Assembly (NCBI RefSeq): GCF_017873765.1
Contig: NZ_JAGGKP010000014.1
Coordinates: 6,160 to 30,159, forward strand
DNA length: 24,000 bases
Reading direction: 5' to 3'
Origin: Paenibacillus sediminis
Lineage (GTDB): Bacteria > Bacillota > Bacilli > Paenibacillales > Paenibacillaceae
The notes beneath the pieces were generated by a model. The model had not been told where the DNA came from and searched no databases. It saw only the letters and a program-made list of their open reading frames with translations. Below are positions 9,384 to 20,383 of this stretch, piece by piece. The first letter of the stretch is position 1. Each line of letters opens with the position of its first letter. The position numbers were made by a program, and so were the translations under genes.

Positions 9384-9823
9384 TAGATCACCTCGGTTTT
9401 ACCGCCGGCAGCCTCGATCTTCTCTACCGCAGATTGTGAGAACTTATTGGCTTTTACAGTCAATTTAACATTGATTTCACCGTTACCAAGAATCTTGATT
9501 CCGCTTTTAGCATCTTTCACGATACCGTTCTCGATCAAGAATTGCGGAGTCACTTCAGTGTCTGCTGCAAAGCTGTTAAGCTCTTCGATGTTCACAATCG
9601 CATACTCTTTACGAGTTGGATTCACAAAACCACGTTTCGGCAAGCGACGATATAGTGGGTTTTGACCACCTTCGAAGCCCGGACGAACACCACCGCCGGA
9701 ACGAGCGTTTTGTCCTTTATGACCGCGACCAGATGTTTTACCTGTACCGCTACTAGTACCGCGACCTACGCGTTTGCGTTCTTTGCGAGCACCAGGAGCT
9801 GAGGAAAGCTCATGTAACTTCAT
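9383..9823 (-). CDS. rplO: 50S ribosomal protein L15 (uL15)
   Basis: [38 protein letters not shown]... The start is set at ATG-9823, 9 nt after the SD AAGGAGGTG. The ORF-track start at 9835 is the GTG inside the SD. Confidence 0.96.
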   Translation of the reverse strand: MKLHELSSAPGARKERKRVGRGTSSGTGKTSGRGHKGQNARSGGGVRPGFEGGQNPLYRRLPKRGFVNPTRKEYAIVNIEELNSFAADTEVTPQFLIENGIVKDAKSGIKILGNGEINVKLTVKANKFSQSAVEKIEAAGGKTEVI

Positions 9824-9868
9824 CGTTCGTTGCACCTCCTTAATAATTCTAGGTTAATTCACAAAGAA

Positions 9869-10054
9869 TTAACCTTCAATTTCTTTAACAGAAACCAAAT
9901 GGCTCACTTGATTAATCATTCCGCGAATTGCGGGGTTGTCGTTATGAACCACAGTTTGATTTAATTTACGCAATCCTAAAGTGTTGACGGTAGTACGTTG
10001 TTTCTCAGAACGACCGATCAAACTCCGTACGAGGGTAATTTCTAATTTTGCCAT
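9869..10054 (-). CDS. rpmD: 50S ribosomal protein L30 (uL30)
   Basis: 61 aa, [30 protein letters not shown]... SD TAAGGAGGG. Confidence 0.95.
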   Translation of the reverse strand: MAKLEITLVRSLIGRSEKQRTTVNTLGLRKLNQTVVHNDNPAIRGMINQVSHLVSVKEIEG

Positions 10055-10066
10055 GACATTCCCTCC

Positions 10067-10564
10067 TTAGCCCAAAAGCTCTTCGACGGATTTTCCACGT
10101 AATTTTGCAACATCTTCAGCGCGTTTCAGACGGGACAAGCCCTCCAAAGTCGCGTTTACCATGTTCATGGAGTTCGAAGAACCAAGAGATTTTGTCAAGA
10201 TGTCACCTACACCAGCCAGTTCGAGAACCGCACGAACCGGACCTCCAGCGATAACCCCAGTACCTTCCGAAGCCGGTTTTAAAAGAACACGGCCAGCACC
10301 GAAGTGACCAATAACTTGGTGAGGAATAGTTGTTCCTACAAGCGGAACATAAACTAGATTTTTCTTCGCATCTTCAATACCTTTGCGAATTGCATCAGGT
10401 ACTTCGCCTGCTTTACCGATACCAGCTCCAACCCAGCCTTTGCCGTCACCGACAACTACTAGTGCGCTGAAGCTAAAACGGCGTCCGCCTTTAACTACTT
10501 TAGCTACGCGGTTAATATTTACAACTCTTTCAGTCAGTTCTAAAGTGTTCGGATCTACACGCAA
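10067..10564 (-). CDS. rpsE: 30S ribosomal protein S5 (uS5)
   Basis: 165 aa, (TTG)[31 protein letters not shown]...[12 protein letters not shown]. The TTG start lies 7 nt after AGGAGGT. Confidence 0.96.
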   Translation of the reverse strand: MRVDPNTLELTERVVNINRVAKVVKGGRRFSFSALVVVGDGKGWVGAGIGKAGEVPDAIRKGIEDAKKNLVYVPLVGTTIPHQVIGHFGAGRVLLKPASEGTGVIAGGPVRAVLELAGVGDILTKSLGSSNSMNMVNATLEGLSRLKRAEDVAKLRGKSVEELLG

Positions 10565-10591
10565 GTCGTTAACCTCCTTTTAGAAAATGTC

Positions 10592-10960
10592 TTAGAATTC
10601 AAGACCTGCTTCACGAGCAGCATCAGCTAGTGCTTGAATCCGTCCATGGTACAAGTATCCTCCACGGTCAAATACCACATTTGCAAAACCTTTATCTTTA
10701 GCGCGTTTAGCGATCAATGCTCCAACTTTACGAGCAGCTTCTACGCTGCCGCCGTTACCAATTTCACCGCTAAGCTCTTTATCAAGAGTAGATGCTGATG
10801 CAAGTGTCACGCCAGCTACATCATCGATCAATTGAGCATAAATATGTTTGGAGGAACGGAATACGTTGAGTCTTGGACGCTCAGCCGTTCCTTGGATTTT
10901 CTTACGAACGCGCAAATGTCTTTTCAGACGAGCTTTGTTTTTATCTTCTTTCGTAATCAT
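10592..10960 (-). CDS. rplR: 50S ribosomal protein L18 (uL18)
   Basis: 122 aa, [47 protein letters not shown]..., close to B. subtilis L18. Confidence 0.96.
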   Translation of the reverse strand: MITKEDKNKARLKRHLRVRKKIQGTAERPRLNVFRSSKHIYAQLIDDVAGVTLASASTLDKELSGEIGNGGSVEAARKVGALIAKRAKDKGFANVVFDRGGYLYHGRIQALADAAREAGLEF

Positions 10961-11040
10961 GCTTCCTTTTCACTCCCTTCAGTTTTGCCATCACAGCTTC
11001 ACATTAAGACGCACGGGGTAAAAGTCCAATAAGATTTACC

Positions 11041-11583
11041 TTATTTCTTCTTACCAGCTTTACCTTCCTTACGGATGATGCGTTCGCCTTCATACTTAAT
11101 ACCTTTACCTTTGTATGGTTCAGGTTCACGTACAGAACGAATTTTAGCAGCATAAGCACCTACGCGCTCTTTGTCGATCCCTTTAACGATAATTTTCGTG
11201 TTAGAAGGAACTTCGAACTCAATGCCTGCTTCTGGCGTAATTTCAACCGGATGGGAGTAACCAACGTTCAGAACGATTTTATCTCCGGATTTGCTAGCAC
11301 GGTATCCAACCCCTACAAGCTCAAGGGATTTAGAGAAACCTTCAGTTACACCGCTCACCATGTTGTTTACAACACTGCGAGTTGTACCATGTAGAGAACG
11401 ATGTAATTTATTTTCAGAAGGACGCTCAATGATGATTTGGTTATCTTCAACCGTTACTTTCATATCTTTATGAAGTGCGCGGCTGAGCGTACCTTTAGGT
11501 CCTTTAACCGTAATTACAGAGTTATCAAGTGTGACATTCACACCACTAGGGATTGCGATTGGTTTGCGACCAATACGAGACAT
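11041..11583 (-). CDS. rplF: 50S ribosomal protein L6 (uL6)
   Basis: [34 protein letters not shown]... ATG-11583 lies 6 nt after the SD GGAGGTG. The ORF-track start at 11592 is the GTG of the SD. Confidence 0.96.
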   Translation of the reverse strand: MSRIGRKPIAIPSGVNVTLDNSVITVKGPKGTLSRALHKDMKVTVEDNQIIIERPSENKLHRSLHGTTRSVVNNMVSGVTEGFSKSLELVGVGYRASKSGDKIVLNVGYSHPVEITPEAGIEFEVPSNTKIIVKGIDKERVGAYAAKIRSVREPEPYKGKGIKYEGERIIRKEGKAGKKK

Positions 11584-11613
11584 TTGTTGCACCTCCTTGT
11601 TTTAAGACGTGTA

Positions 11614-12012
11614 TTACCAAACGTAGCAGATAACTTCTCCGCCTGATTTTGCTTGACGAGCTTCTTTATCCGTCATAACTCCTTTGGATGTGGAGATAAT
11701 TGCGATACCTAGACCGCCGAGAACACGAGGAACTTCATTACTTTTCGTGTACACGCGAAGGCCTGGTTTACTAATTCTCTTCAAACCGGAGATGACGCGT
11801 TCGTTGTTAGGGCCGTATTTCAAGAAGATACGGATAATCCCTTGTTTATTATCATCGATATACTCTGCATCGCGGATAAAACCTTCACGCTTCAAAATTT
11901 CAGCGATTTGTTTTTTGATCGTCGAAGCAGGAACTTCTACCGTTTCATGACGCACTGTGTTTGCGTTACGAATGCGAGTAAGCATATCTGCAATTGGATC
12001 TGACATAGTCAT
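11614..12012 (-). CDS. rpsH: 30S ribosomal protein S8 (uS8)
   Basis: 132 aa, [23 protein letters not shown]...[21 protein letters not shown]. Confidence 0.97.
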   Translation of the reverse strand: MTMSDPIADMLTRIRNANTVRHETVEVPASTIKKQIAEILKREGFIRDAEYIDDNKQGIIRIFLKYGPNNERVISGLKRISKPGLRVYTKSNEVPRVLGGLGIAIISTSKGVMTDKEARQAKSGGEVICYVW

Positions 12013-12044
12013 TTAATGTAAACCTCCTTCCCGTTGTAGGGTGA

Positions 12045-12230
12045 TTACCAGCTTGCTTTTTTGACGCCAGGAATCTGACCTTTATAAGCTAATTCACGGA
12101 AACAAATTCTGCAAATTTTAAATTTTTGCAATACCGAATGTGGACGACCGCAACGCTCGCAACGTGTGTATGCACGCACTTTAAACTTAGGCTTGCGTTG
12201 TTGTTTTACTTTCATTGAAGTTTTTGCCAC
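12045..12230 (-). CDS. rpsN: 30S ribosomal protein S14, short zinc-binding type (type Z)
   Basis: 61 aa, (GTG)[60 protein letters not shown], with CxxC...CxxC. Confidence 0.96.
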   Translation of the reverse strand: MAKTSMKVKQQRKPKFKVRAYTRCERCGRPHSVLQKFKICRICFRELAYKGQIPGVKKASW

Positions 12231-12277
12231 TTAGCCTGACACCTCCTAAATAGTTTCGGTGAACAATTAAGCCGACA

Positions 12278-12820
12278 TTATTTCGCAAATGGCATTCCGA
12301 GTTGAGTCAACAATTCACGAGACTCTTCGTCAGTGTTAGCCGTTGTTACGATAACGATATCCATACCGCGAACTTTATCCACTTTATCGTACTCGATCTC
12401 AGGGAAGATCAATTGTTCCTTAAGACCAAGAGTGTAGTTACCACGTCCATCGAACGCTTTAGTAGATACACCGTGGAAGTCACGAACGCGAGGAAGCGCA
12501 ACGTTGAACAATTTATCAAGGAAGTAGTACATGCGTTCACCGCGAAGTGTAACTTTAACCCCAATCGGCATGTTCTCACGTAGCTTAAATCCTGCGATGG
12601 ATTTTTTAGCACGAGTAATTACTGGTTTTTGACCTGCAATCAACTCCATATCATTGACTGCGGAATCAAGCACTTTAGAGTTAGCAACAGCGTCACCAAC
12701 ACCCATGTTGATTACCACTTTCTCAATTTTAGGCACTTGCATTACAGTTGTATAGTTGAACTTCTGCATCAAAGCAGGAGTGATTTCGTTTAGAAAACGT
12801 TCTTTCAATCTTGCTGCCAT
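12278..12820 (-). CDS. rplE: 50S ribosomal protein L5 (uL5)
   Basis: 180 aa, [44 protein letters not shown]... Confidence 0.97.
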   Translation of the reverse strand: MAARLKERFLNEITPALMQKFNYTTVMQVPKIEKVVINMGVGDAVANSKVLDSAVNDMELIAGQKPVITRAKKSIAGFKLRENMPIGVKVTLRGERMYYFLDKLFNVALPRVRDFHGVSTKAFDGRGNYTLGLKEQLIFPEIEYDKVDKVRGMDIVIVTTANTDEESRELLTQLGMPFAK

Positions 12821-12851
12821 GAATTATGGACCTCCTTTCCTGACAATTCAA

Positions 12852-13205
12852 TTAGTCGATAACTTCTCCGGATCTCTTAGCTACGCGAACTTTTTTGCCG
12901 TTGTCCAATACTTTGTAACCGATACGAGTTACTTTTCCGCTCTTAGGATCAACGTGCATTACGTTCGATACGTGAATCGGAGCCTCTTTCTCAATAATTC
13001 CACCTTGTGGATTAAGTTGAGTAGGTTTTTGGTGTTTTTTAACCATGTTCACGCCTTCTACAAGGACACGGTTTTCACGAGGATAAGCTGCAAGTACGCG
13101 GCCTTTTTTGCCTTTGTCTTTACCGCTGATCACGATAACAGTGTCGTCTTTTTTGACGTGAAGTTTGTTAGCATGGGATTCAAGCACCTTTTTCAATCTT
13201 GGCAT
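12852..13205 (-). CDS. rplX: 50S ribosomal protein L24 (uL24) with a 14-residue N-terminal extension relative to B. subtilis L24
   Basis: [42 protein letters not shown]...[31 protein letters not shown]... ATG-13205 lies 6 nt after the SD AGGAGGTG. The ORF-track start at 13214 is the GTG of the SD. There is no start codon at the position equivalent to the B. subtilis MHVKKGD start (here LHVKKDD). Confidence 0.93.
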   Translation of the reverse strand: MPRLKKVLESHANKLHVKKDDTVIVISGKDKGKKGRVLAAYPRENRVLVEGVNMVKKHQKPTQLNPQGGIIEKEAPIHVSNVMHVDPKSGKVTRIGYKVLDNGKKVRVAKRSGEVID

Positions 13206-13246
13206 TTCGTACACCTCCTGGTTGCAAGGATTTATTTATACCCTTG

Positions 13247-13615
13247 TTAGATTACTTCCGGAGCCAAGGAAACGATTTTCATGAAGTCTTTATCACGAAG
13301 CTCACGTGCGACAGGTCCGAAAATACGCGTTCCGCGTGGGCTTTTATCTTCTTTAACAACAACTGCTGCATTTTCATCAAATGCGATGTAAGATCCGTCT
13401 TTACGACGAACAGCACGTTTGCTGCGAACAACAACCGCTTTAACAACGTCACCTTTTTTGACAACGCCGCCTGGTGTTGCTTGTTTTACAGAACATACGA
13501 TCATATCACCAATTTGAGCCGTACGACGACCAGTACCGCCAAGAACGCGAATACACATAAGTTCTTTCGCACCAGAGTTATCAGCTACAGCTAAGCGTGT
13601 AAATGGTTGAATCAT
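13247..13615 (-). CDS. rplN: 50S ribosomal protein L14 (uL14)
   Basis: 122 aa, [27 protein letters not shown]... SD AAAGGAGGA. Confidence 0.97.
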   Translation of the reverse strand: MIQPFTRLAVADNSGAKELMCIRVLGGTGRRTAQIGDMIVCSVKQATPGGVVKKGDVVKAVVVRSKRAVRRKDGSYIAFDENAAVVVKEDKSPRGTRIFGPVARELRDKDFMKIVSLAPEVI

Positions 13616-13653
13616 TGATATTTCCTCCTTTCGGAATAAGCTCTAGGTCATCC

Positions 13654-13920
13654 TTAAATGATAACCGCTTCTTCTACAACTTCCACAAGTCTCCAACGTT
13701 TGTCTTTAGAAAGCGGACGAGTCTCCATGATTTTCACGATATCGCCGATTTTCGCAACGTTGTTTTCATCATGCGCTTTAAATTTCTTAGTGTATTTAAT
13801 GCGTTTATGGTACAAAGCATGTTTTTTGTAAGTTTCAACAGCAACTACAATTGTTTTGTCCATTTTATCGCTGACCACTTTACCGATTTGCACTTTACGA
13901 GCATTGCGTTCTTCGCTCAT
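13654..13920 (-). CDS. rpsQ: 30S ribosomal protein S17 (uS17)
   Basis: 88 aa, [54 protein letters not shown]... Confidence 0.96.
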   Translation of the reverse strand: MSEERNARKVQIGKVVSDKMDKTIVVAVETYKKHALYHKRIKYTKKFKAHDENNVAKIGDIVKIMETRPLSKDKRWRLVEVVEEAVII

Positions 13921-13971
13921 AGTTAGCCTCCTTCCTGAATTCAGATGATTACGATGCAGCCATCTGGTTCA

Positions 13972-14172
13972 TTAACTAGTGATCCCAAGTTCTCTTTCAC
14001 GTAATACGGTTTTAGCACGAGCTATTTCTCTACGCACATCACGGATTCGATATGGGTTATCAAGCTGACCGGTAGCCAATTGAAAACGGAGGTTAAAGAG
14101 CTCCTCTTTAAATCCGGCAATTTTTTGTTCAATTTCAGCAGTGGTTAAGTTGCGCAATTCATTAGCCTTCAT
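13972..14172 (-). CDS. rpmC: 50S ribosomal protein L29 (uL29)
   Basis: [40 protein letters not shown]..., 66 aa. ATG-14172 overlaps the 3' end of rplP by 11 nt, a typical coupling. The ORF-track start at 14196 lies inside rplP. Confidence 0.94.
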   Translation of the reverse strand: MKANELRNLTTAEIEQKIAGFKEELFNLRFQLATGQLDNPYRIRDVRREIARAKTVLRERELGITS

Positions 14173-14596
14173 TTGCTTCACCACCCAATTCTTCACGTTT
14201 CACAAACTTCGTTTTGATAGGCAGTTTGTGAGCTGCAAGACGCATTGCTTCGCGAGCAATTTCTTCAGACACACCATCAAGCTCGAACATAATTTTGCCC
14301 GGCTTAACAACTGCTACCCATTTCTCAACGTTACCTTTACCGCTACCCATACGCACTTCAAGAGGCTTTTGAGTAATCGGTTTATCAGGGAAAATCTTAA
14401 TCCAAACTTTACCGCCACGTTTGATGTAACGAGTCATCGCAATACGAGCTGCTTCGATCTGACGGTTAGTGATCCAAGAAGGCTCAAGAGCTTGCAACCC
14501 GTATTGACCAAAGTTCAGTTCCGTGCCGCCTTTAGCTTGGCCTTTCATATGACCGCGTTGTTGTTTGCGGTGTTTTACACGTTTTGGTACCAACAT
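14162..14596 (-). CDS. rplP: 50S ribosomal protein L16 (uL16)
   Basis: 144 aa, [30 protein letters not shown]... Confidence 0.97.
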   Translation of the reverse strand: MLVPKRVKHRKQQRGHMKGQAKGGTELNFGQYGLQALEPSWITNRQIEAARIAMTRYIKRGGKVWIKIFPDKPITQKPLEVRMGSGKGNVEKWVAVVKPGKIMFELDGVSEEIAREAMRLAAHKLPIKTKFVKREELGGEANEG

Positions 14597-14598
14597 GA

Positions 14599-15264
14599 TT
14601 AGTTGCCTCCTTCCTGAGCAGCTTGTTTCTTAGCCGTAGGAAGAACCTCTCCACGATAGATCCATACTTTTACGCCAAGACGGCCATAAGTTGTATGAGC
14701 TTCCGCTGTACCGTAGTCGATGTCAGCACGAAGCGTATGAAGTGGAACAGTTCCTTCACTGTAGCCTTCTGTACGAGCGATTTCAGCACCGCCAAGGCGT
14801 CCGCTGACTGCTGTTTTAATCCCTTTAGCTCCTGCACGCATCGATCTTTGAATAGCTTGTTTCAAAGCACGACGGAATGAAACACGGCGTTCCAATTGTT
14901 GTGCAATGCTTTCTGCTACCAAGATTGCGTCAAGCTCAGGGTTTTTAATTTCAGAAATGTTAATGTGAACCTTTTTACCGCCTGCAATTTTAGTAATTTG
15001 GTTACGAAGATTTTCAACTTCAGAACCGCCTTTACCAATTACCATACCTGGTTTCGCAGTATTGATTGTTACGTTCACACGGTTGGCTGCTCTCTCAATT
15101 TCAATGCGAGATACTGCAGAGTCTTTCAATTTATTTTTCAGGTATTCACGAATTTTGACGTCTTCTAGTAGAAGATCACCAAAATCTTTGCCTGCATACC
15201 ATTTAGATTCCCAATCACGGATAATTCCAACACGTAATCCGACTGGATTTACCTTTTGGCCCAC
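14599..15264 (-). CDS. rpsC: 30S ribosomal protein S3 (uS3)
   Basis: 221 aa, (GTG)[23 protein letters not shown]... SD TAAGGAGGG. Confidence 0.97.
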   Translation of the reverse strand: MGQKVNPVGLRVGIIRDWESKWYAGKDFGDLLLEDVKIREYLKNKLKDSAVSRIEIERAANRVNVTINTAKPGMVIGKGGSEVENLRNQITKIAGGKKVHINISEIKNPELDAILVAESIAQQLERRVSFRRALKQAIQRSMRAGAKGIKTAVSGRLGGAEIARTEGYSEGTVPLHTLRADIDYGTAEAHTTYGRLGVKVWIYRGEVLPTAKKQAAQEGGN

Positions 15265-15277
15265 ACGTTTTCCCTCC

Positions 15278-15610
15278 TTATTTTTCAGATACCACTAAAG
15301 TAATGTGGCTAGTACGTTTGTTGATCCGGCTTGCACGTCCCATTGCACGTGGGCGGAAACGTTTCATCGTCGGACCTTGGTTAACGTACGCTTGTGTTAC
15401 AACCAATTTATTGACATCCAATGAATTGTTATGCTCAGCATTCGCGATCGCTGAATTCAAGAGCTTCTCAACGATTGGAGAAGCAGCTTTCGGAGTATGA
15501 CGAAGAATTGCAATTGCCTCGCCAACTTTCTTGCCGCGAATCAAGTCAACAACTAGTTGAGCCTTACGAGGAGCAATCCGAACAAATCTTGCATGTGCTT
15601 TTGCTTCCAT
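15278..15610 (-). CDS. rplV: 50S ribosomal protein L22 (uL22)
   Basis: [36 protein letters not shown]... ATG-15610 follows the SD GAGAGGAGG. The ORF-track TTG at 15628 reads through the SD. Confidence 0.95.
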   Translation of the reverse strand: MEAKAHARFVRIAPRKAQLVVDLIRGKKVGEAIAILRHTPKAASPIVEKLLNSAIANAEHNNSLDVNKLVVTQAYVNQGPTMKRFRPRAMGRASRINKRTSHITLVVSEK

Positions 15611-15642
15611 TGTGTAACCTCCTCTCAAACGTAGAACTTATA

Positions 15643-15924
15643 TTAACGTCTTCCGGTTTTTTTATCGTCATCCGTATGACCTTTGTACGTACGGGTAGGA
15701 GCAAACTCACCCAGTTTGTGACCAACCATATCTTCCGTTACATATACTGGCACGTGTTTACGTCCGTCATATACTCCAAACGTATGTCCGATAAATTGTG
15801 GGAAAATCGTAGAGCGACGGGACCACGTTTTAATTACTGTCTTTTTGTTGGACTCGTTTAATTCTTCTACTTTCTTCAGCAGGTAGCCATCAACAAAAGG
15901 CCCCTTTTTCAGACTGCGACTCAT
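15643..15924 (-). CDS. rpsS: 30S ribosomal protein S19 (uS19)
   Basis: [48 protein letters not shown]... ATG-15924 lies 7 nt after the SD AAGGGAGGA. Confidence 0.95.
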   Translation of the reverse strand: MSRSLKKGPFVDGYLLKKVEELNESNKKTVIKTWSRRSTIFPQFIGHTFGVYDGRKHVPVYVTEDMVGHKLGEFAPTRTYKGHTDDDKKTGRR

Positions 15925-15988
15925 AGTCAAATCCTCCCTTCTTCAAATCTTCTCGCTTGATCTATGCACGAGTTATGCACAATTTGCA

Positions 15989-16819
15989 TTACTTAGTGCG
16001 ACGACGAACGATATATTTATCAGAAGCTTTTCCTTTTTTACGCGTTTTGTAACCAAGAGTTGGTTTGCCCCATGGAGACATAGGCGATTTACGTCCGATT
16101 GGAGCTTTACCTTCACCACCACCGTGAGGGTGATCGTTAGGGTTCATTACTACCCCGCGAACTTCAGGACGTTGACCAAGCCAGCGGCTGCGGCCTGCTT
16201 TACCGATTTTCACAAGTTCGTGATCTTCGTTACCTACAGATCCGATTGTTGCACGGCAAACTTTCAAAATTCTGCGAACTTCACCAGAAGAAAGACGTAC
16301 AGTTACGTATTTATCTTCTTTACCAAGAAGTTGCGCTTCAGTACCTGCTGCACGAACCAATTGTCCACCTTTACCTGGTTGCAATTCGATATTGTGGATA
16401 ACTGTACCTACTGGAATGTTTTCTAGCGGCAGTGCATTACCGATTTTGATGTCGGCATTAGGACCAGATTCGATTTTATCGCCAACTTTAAGACCTTTAG
16501 GAGCGATGATATAACGTTTCTCTCCATCAGCATAGTTGATCAAAGCGATATTGGAAGTACGGTTAGGATCATACTCAATTGTAGCAACGCTACCTGGTAT
16601 TCCATCTTTATTCCGTTTGAAGTCGATAATACGGTATTTACGTTTGTGTCCACCACCTTGGTGACGAACCGTAATTTTACCTTGGTTATTGCGGCCAGCT
16701 TTTTTGCTAAGTGGCGCAAGCAAAGATTTCTCCGGCTCATTAGTCGTAATCTCTTCAAAAGTGGATACGGACATAGCACGGCGAGCCGGGGATGTCGGTT
16801 TATACTTTTTAATAGGCAC
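15989..16819 (-). CDS. rplB: 50S ribosomal protein L2 (uL2)
   Basis: 276 aa, (GTG)[24 protein letters not shown]...[14 protein letters not shown]... Confidence 0.97.
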   Translation of the reverse strand: MPIKKYKPTSPARRAMSVSTFEEITTNEPEKSLLAPLSKKAGRNNQGKITVRHQGGGHKRKYRIIDFKRNKDGIPGSVATIEYDPNRTSNIALINYADGEKRYIIAPKGLKVGDKIESGPNADIKIGNALPLENIPVGTVIHNIELQPGKGGQLVRAAGTEAQLLGKEDKYVTVRLSSGEVRRILKVCRATIGSVGNEDHELVKIGKAGRSRWLGQRPEVRGVVMNPNDHPHGGGEGKAPIGRKSPMSPWGKPTLGYKTRKKGKASDKYIVRRRTK

Positions 16820-16848
16820 TGATTTTCCCTCCTTACATTAACGATTTC

Positions 16849-17139
16849 TTATACAGACTCAAAGAACTCGAGCGGTTTGCTGTCTTTGCTCAAAGTTACA
16901 ATCGCTTTTTTCCATTCACTAGTGTAACCGGAGTAGCGTCCGTAACGTTTTGGCTTCGCAGGAACACGCATCGTATTCACGTTAGTTACTTTAACTTTAA
17001 AGATCGCCTCAATAGCTTGCTTGATTTCGGTTTTGTTCGCACGCATGTCTACTTCGAACGCATATTTCAAGTCGCTCATGTAGTCAGCCGTACGTTCCGT
17101 AATCACTGGGCGCTTAATTATATCGCGAGGATCCTTCAT
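16849..17139 (-). CDS. rplW: 50S ribosomal protein L23 (uL23)
   Basis: 96 aa, [31 protein letters not shown]... Its ATG overlaps the rplD stop (TAATG). Confidence 0.96.
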   Translation of the reverse strand: MKDPRDIIKRPVITERTADYMSDLKYAFEVDMRANKTEIKQAIEAIFKVKVTNVNTMRVPAKPKRYGRYSGYTSEWKKAIVTLSKDSKPLEFFESV

Positions 17140-17762
17140 TACGCGAGCACCTCCTCTACCTTCTGAACTGCTTCTTTCGTAATGATCAGCTTGTCGTAAG
17201 TCAACACATCAAGAACATTAATGCCGTCAGCTGCAACGAATTTCACCCCAGGGATGTTACGTGCAGATAGAGCAACATTCTCGTCATAGCTAGGCGCTAC
17301 TACAAGTGCTTTGCGATCTACTTTGAGGTTGTTCAAAATAGCTGCGAATTCTTTTGTTTTTGGCGCGCTAAGCGTAAGTTGATCAAGTACGATAATTTCA
17401 TTATCCACAACTTTTGAAGATAATGCGGATTTGATTGCTAGACGACGAACTTTCTTAGGAAGTTTGTACGCATAGCTGCGTGGAGTCGGACCAAATACGA
17501 CACCGCCGCCTTTCCATTGTGGTGCACGGATCGAACCTTGACGAGCACGGCCTGTACCTTTTTGTTTCCAAGGTTTACGACCACCACCGCGAACTTCAGA
17601 ACGACCTTTAACTTTATGGTTACCTTGACGAAGGGAAGCTTGTTGCATAACAACGGCTTCATGAAGAACGTGAACGTTTGGTTCGATTCCGAACACCGCA
17701 TCGTTCAATTCAATTTCGCCCACTTGGCTACCGCTAACATTGTAAAGAGCTACTTTAGGCAT
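17139..17762 (-). CDS. rplD: 50S ribosomal protein L4 (uL4)
   Basis: 207 aa, [29 protein letters not shown]...[25 protein letters not shown]... Confidence 0.97.
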   Translation of the reverse strand: MPKVALYNVSGSQVGEIELNDAVFGIEPNVHVLHEAVVMQQASLRQGNHKVKGRSEVRGGGRKPWKQKGTGRARQGSIRAPQWKGGGVVFGPTPRSYAYKLPKKVRRLAIKSALSSKVVDNEIIVLDQLTLSAPKTKEFAAILNNLKVDRKALVVAPSYDENVALSARNIPGVKFVAADGINVLDVLTYDKLIITKEAVQKVEEVLA

Positions 17763-17788
17763 TGTTTGTTCCTCCTTTCCTTAGGTGT

Positions 17789-18412
17789 TTATTTCTTCAC
17801 CGATTGTTTAATTTTCACGAAGCTGTTTTTAGGTCCTGGAATGGAGCCTTTAACGAGCAATACATTGCGTTCAGCATCAACTTTTACGACTTCAAGGTTT
17901 TGAATCGTAATTGTTTCATGCCCCATATGTCCTGGAAGGTGTTTACCTTTAGGAACGCGGTTCGCTTGGATGGAACCCATGGAACCTGGACGACGATGGT
18001 AACGAGAACCGTGAGCCATTGGTCCGCGGCTTTGTCCCCAACGTTTGATAACGCCAGCGAATCCTTTACCTTTAGAAATACCTGTTACGTCAACAAATTC
18101 GCCTTCTGCGAAGATATCAACCTTCACTTCTTGGCCAACCTCGTATCCAGCGAGGTCAACACCGCGAATTTCACGAACGTAGCGCTTAGGTGCAGTGTTT
18201 GCTTTTTTAGCATGACCTGCTTCAGGTTTATTCGCGTTCTTTTCTTTTTTATCGGAAAAGCCCAATTGCACTGCTTCGTAACCGTCGTTCTCCAAATCTT
18301 TCTTTTGCAAAACAACGTTAGGTCCTGCTTCTACTACAGTTACAGGAATAACATTACCTTCAGCAGTAAACACTTGAGTCATCCCAAGTTTTTTCCCTAA
18401 GATACCTTTCAT
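17789..18412 (-). CDS. rplC: 50S ribosomal protein L3 (uL3)
   Basis: 207 aa, [32 protein letters not shown]... Confidence 0.97.
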   Translation of the reverse strand: MKGILGKKLGMTQVFTAEGNVIPVTVVEAGPNVVLQKKDLENDGYEAVQLGFSDKKEKNANKPEAGHAKKANTAPKRYVREIRGVDLAGYEVGQEVKVDIFAEGEFVDVTGISKGKGFAGVIKRWGQSRGPMAHGSRYHRRPGSMGSIQANRVPKGKHLPGHMGHETITIQNLEVVKVDAERNVLLVKGSIPGPKNSFVKIKQSVKK

Positions 18413-18455
18413 GTTGACACCTCTTTTCCTTTCTTTCTTCCGTTATGCATTGGAA

Positions 18456-18872
<417 letters not shown>

Positions 18873-18902
18873 TCATCGCAACGTCTCAGAACAACATTCA
18901 TT

Positions 18903-18931
18903 ATTATATAGAAAAGGCGGGCACTTTGCAA
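18903..18931 (-). promoter_or_regulatory. Strong sigma-A-type promoter of the S10 cluster
   Basis: The minus strand reads TTGCAA-(17 nt)-TATAAT, with an A/T-rich tract (AAACTTTTAATTTTTTC) immediately upstream that resembles an UP element. It is located about 135 nt upstream of the rpsJ ATG and downstream of the tuf terminator. Confidence 0.65.
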
Positions 18932-18975
18932 GAAAAAATTAAAAGTTTCTGCAGCGTACATCTTATATAGAAGAA

Positions 18976-19020
18976 ACTAAAAAGAAAGAGCCTGTTTTCT
19001 TTACGAATACAGGCTCTTTC
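18976..19020 (-). terminator. Intrinsic terminator after tuf
   Basis: Minus strand: GAAAGAGCCTGT-attcgtaaagaaa-ACAGGCTCTTTC followed by TTTTTAG, a 12-bp perfect stem. Confidence 0.85.
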
Positions 19021-19028
19021 TCATCATC

Positions 19029-19068
19029 GTTACAGTACAATGTTGCTCGTTACAGTACAATGTTGCTT
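19029..19068. repeat. Perfect 2 x 20-bp tandem direct repeat in the tuf 3' UTR
   Basis: The plus strand reads CGTTACAGTACAATGTTGCT at 19029-19048 and again, identically, at 19049-19068. It lies between the tuf stop (19094) and the terminator stem (19020). Confidence 0.95.
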
Positions 19069-19093
19069 ATGTTCAATAGACTTGTTCAGCCTA

Positions 19094-20284
19094 TTATTTG
19101 GAGATTGTTGCTACTGTTCCAGCACCAACTGTACGTCCGCCTTCACGGATGGAGAAACGAGTACCTTCTTCAATCGCGATTGGAGCGATCAATTGTACGG
19201 ATACAGTGATGTTGTCACCAGGCATAACCATTTCTGTTCCTTCTGGAAGAGTGATTACACCAGTTACGTCCGTTGTACGGAAGTAGAATTGTGGACGGTA
19301 GCCTGAGAAGAAAGGTTTATGACGTCCGCCTTCTTCTTTAGTCAAAACGTACACTTGAGCAGTGAACTCAGTGTGCGGTTTAACGGAAGCTGGTTTTGCA
19401 AGAACTTGACCGCGTTCAATATCTTTACGGTCAATACCACGAAGCAATGCACCGATGTTGTCACCAGCTTGTGCGTTGTCGAGCAATTTACGGAACATCT
19501 CAACGCCTGTAACAACGGATTTTTTAGTTTCTTCAGCAAGACCAACGATTTCAACTTCGTCGCCGACTTTAACTACACCGCGTTCTACACGACCAGTTGC
19601 AACTGTACCACGACCAGTGATGGAGAATACGTCTTCGACTGGCATCAAGAAAGGTTTGTCAGTGTCGCGTTCTGGAAGAGGGATGTACTCATCAATCGTT
19701 TCGAACATTTCAATGATTTTTTGAGCCCATTCGCCTTCTGGATTCATCAATGCTTCACGAGCAGAACCACGAGTGATTGGAGTGTCATCACCTGGGAAGT
19801 CATATTCGTTAAGAAGGTCGCGAACTTCCATTTCAACCAATTCAAGAAGCTCTTCGTCTTCAACCATGTCGCATTTGTTCAAGAATACAACGATGTAAGG
19901 AACGCCTACTTGGCGGGACAACAAGATGTGTTCGCGAGTTTGCGGCATAGGACCGTCAGCTGCGGATACAACCAAGATTGCGCCGTCCATTTGAGCAGCA
20001 CCAGTGATCATGTTTTTAACGTAGTCGGCGTGACCTGGGCAGTCAACGTGAGCGTAGTGACGTTTGTCAGTTTCGTACTCAACGTGAGCTGTGGAGATCG
20101 TGATACCGCGTTCTCTTTCTTCTGGAGCTTTATCGATTTGGTCGAATGCTACTGCAGCACCGCCGTATTTTTTGGACAATACAGTTGTGATTGCAGCTGT
20201 AAGAGTTGTTTTACCATGGTCGACGTGACCAATAGTACCGATGTTAACATGGGGTTTTGTACGTTCGTATTTAGCTTTTGCCAT
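19094..20284 (-). CDS. tuf: Elongation factor Tu
   Basis: 396 aa, [33 protein letters not shown]...[21 protein letters not shown]...NKCD... Confidence 0.98.
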   Translation of the reverse strand: MAKAKYERTKPHVNIGTIGHVDHGKTTLTAAITTVLSKKYGGAAVAFDQIDKAPEERERGITISTAHVEYETDKRHYAHVDCPGHADYVKNMITGAAQMDGAILVVSAADGPMPQTREHILLSRQVGVPYIVVFLNKCDMVEDEELLELVEMEVRDLLNEYDFPGDDTPITRGSAREALMNPEGEWAQKIIEMFETIDEYIPLPERDTDKPFLMPVEDVFSITGRGTVATGRVERGVVKVGDEVEIVGLAEETKKSVVTGVEMFRKLLDNAQAGDNIGALLRGIDRKDIERGQVLAKPASVKPHTEFTAQVYVLTKEEGGRHKPFFSGYRPQFYFRTTDVTGVITLPEGTEMVMPGDNITVSVQLIAPIAIEEGTRFSIREGGRTVGAGTVATISK

Positions 20285-20383
20285 TTTGAACAGTTCCTCC
20301 TTAATAATGAATTAAATATGTTGACTGTACGGAGTAATTAAAGCATTTCGCTCTAATACTCCGATCAGCAGTAAACCTAGAGA

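Noticed and set aside
8061-9468. Plus-strand ORFs of 238, 113 and 135 aa antisense to secY and rplO
   Set aside because: They are antisense to a complete, well-conserved secY. Their translations are compositionally odd (rich in N, D, R and C) and lack start-site signals.
10961-11040. 16-codon ORF ([16 protein letters not shown]) in the 80-nt rplF-rplR spacer, overlapping the rplR start out of frame
   Set aside because: It is very short with no SD of its own, and its sequence largely consists of the rplR SD region read in another frame. There is no basis to call it a gene.
17762-18400. 212-aa plus-strand ORF antisense to rplC; similar plus-strand ORFs lie opposite rplM/truA (2015-2701), rplX (12756-13250), rplP (14141-14602), rplV/rpsS (15421-15861) and rpsG/rpsL (22720-23268)
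   Set aside because: All lie inside or across canonical minus-strand ribosomal genes, have no SD, and resemble nothing I recognise. They are treated as shadow ORFs.
19319-20341. 340-aa plus-strand ORF covering almost all of tuf in antisense
   Set aside because: It is fully embedded antisense to one of the most conserved genes known. It has no SD and gives a Cys/Phe/Thr/Val-rich, low-complexity translation. Long shadow ORFs are expected opposite highly expressed genes, because strong codon bias depletes TTA, CTA and TCA codons, whose complements are stop codons.
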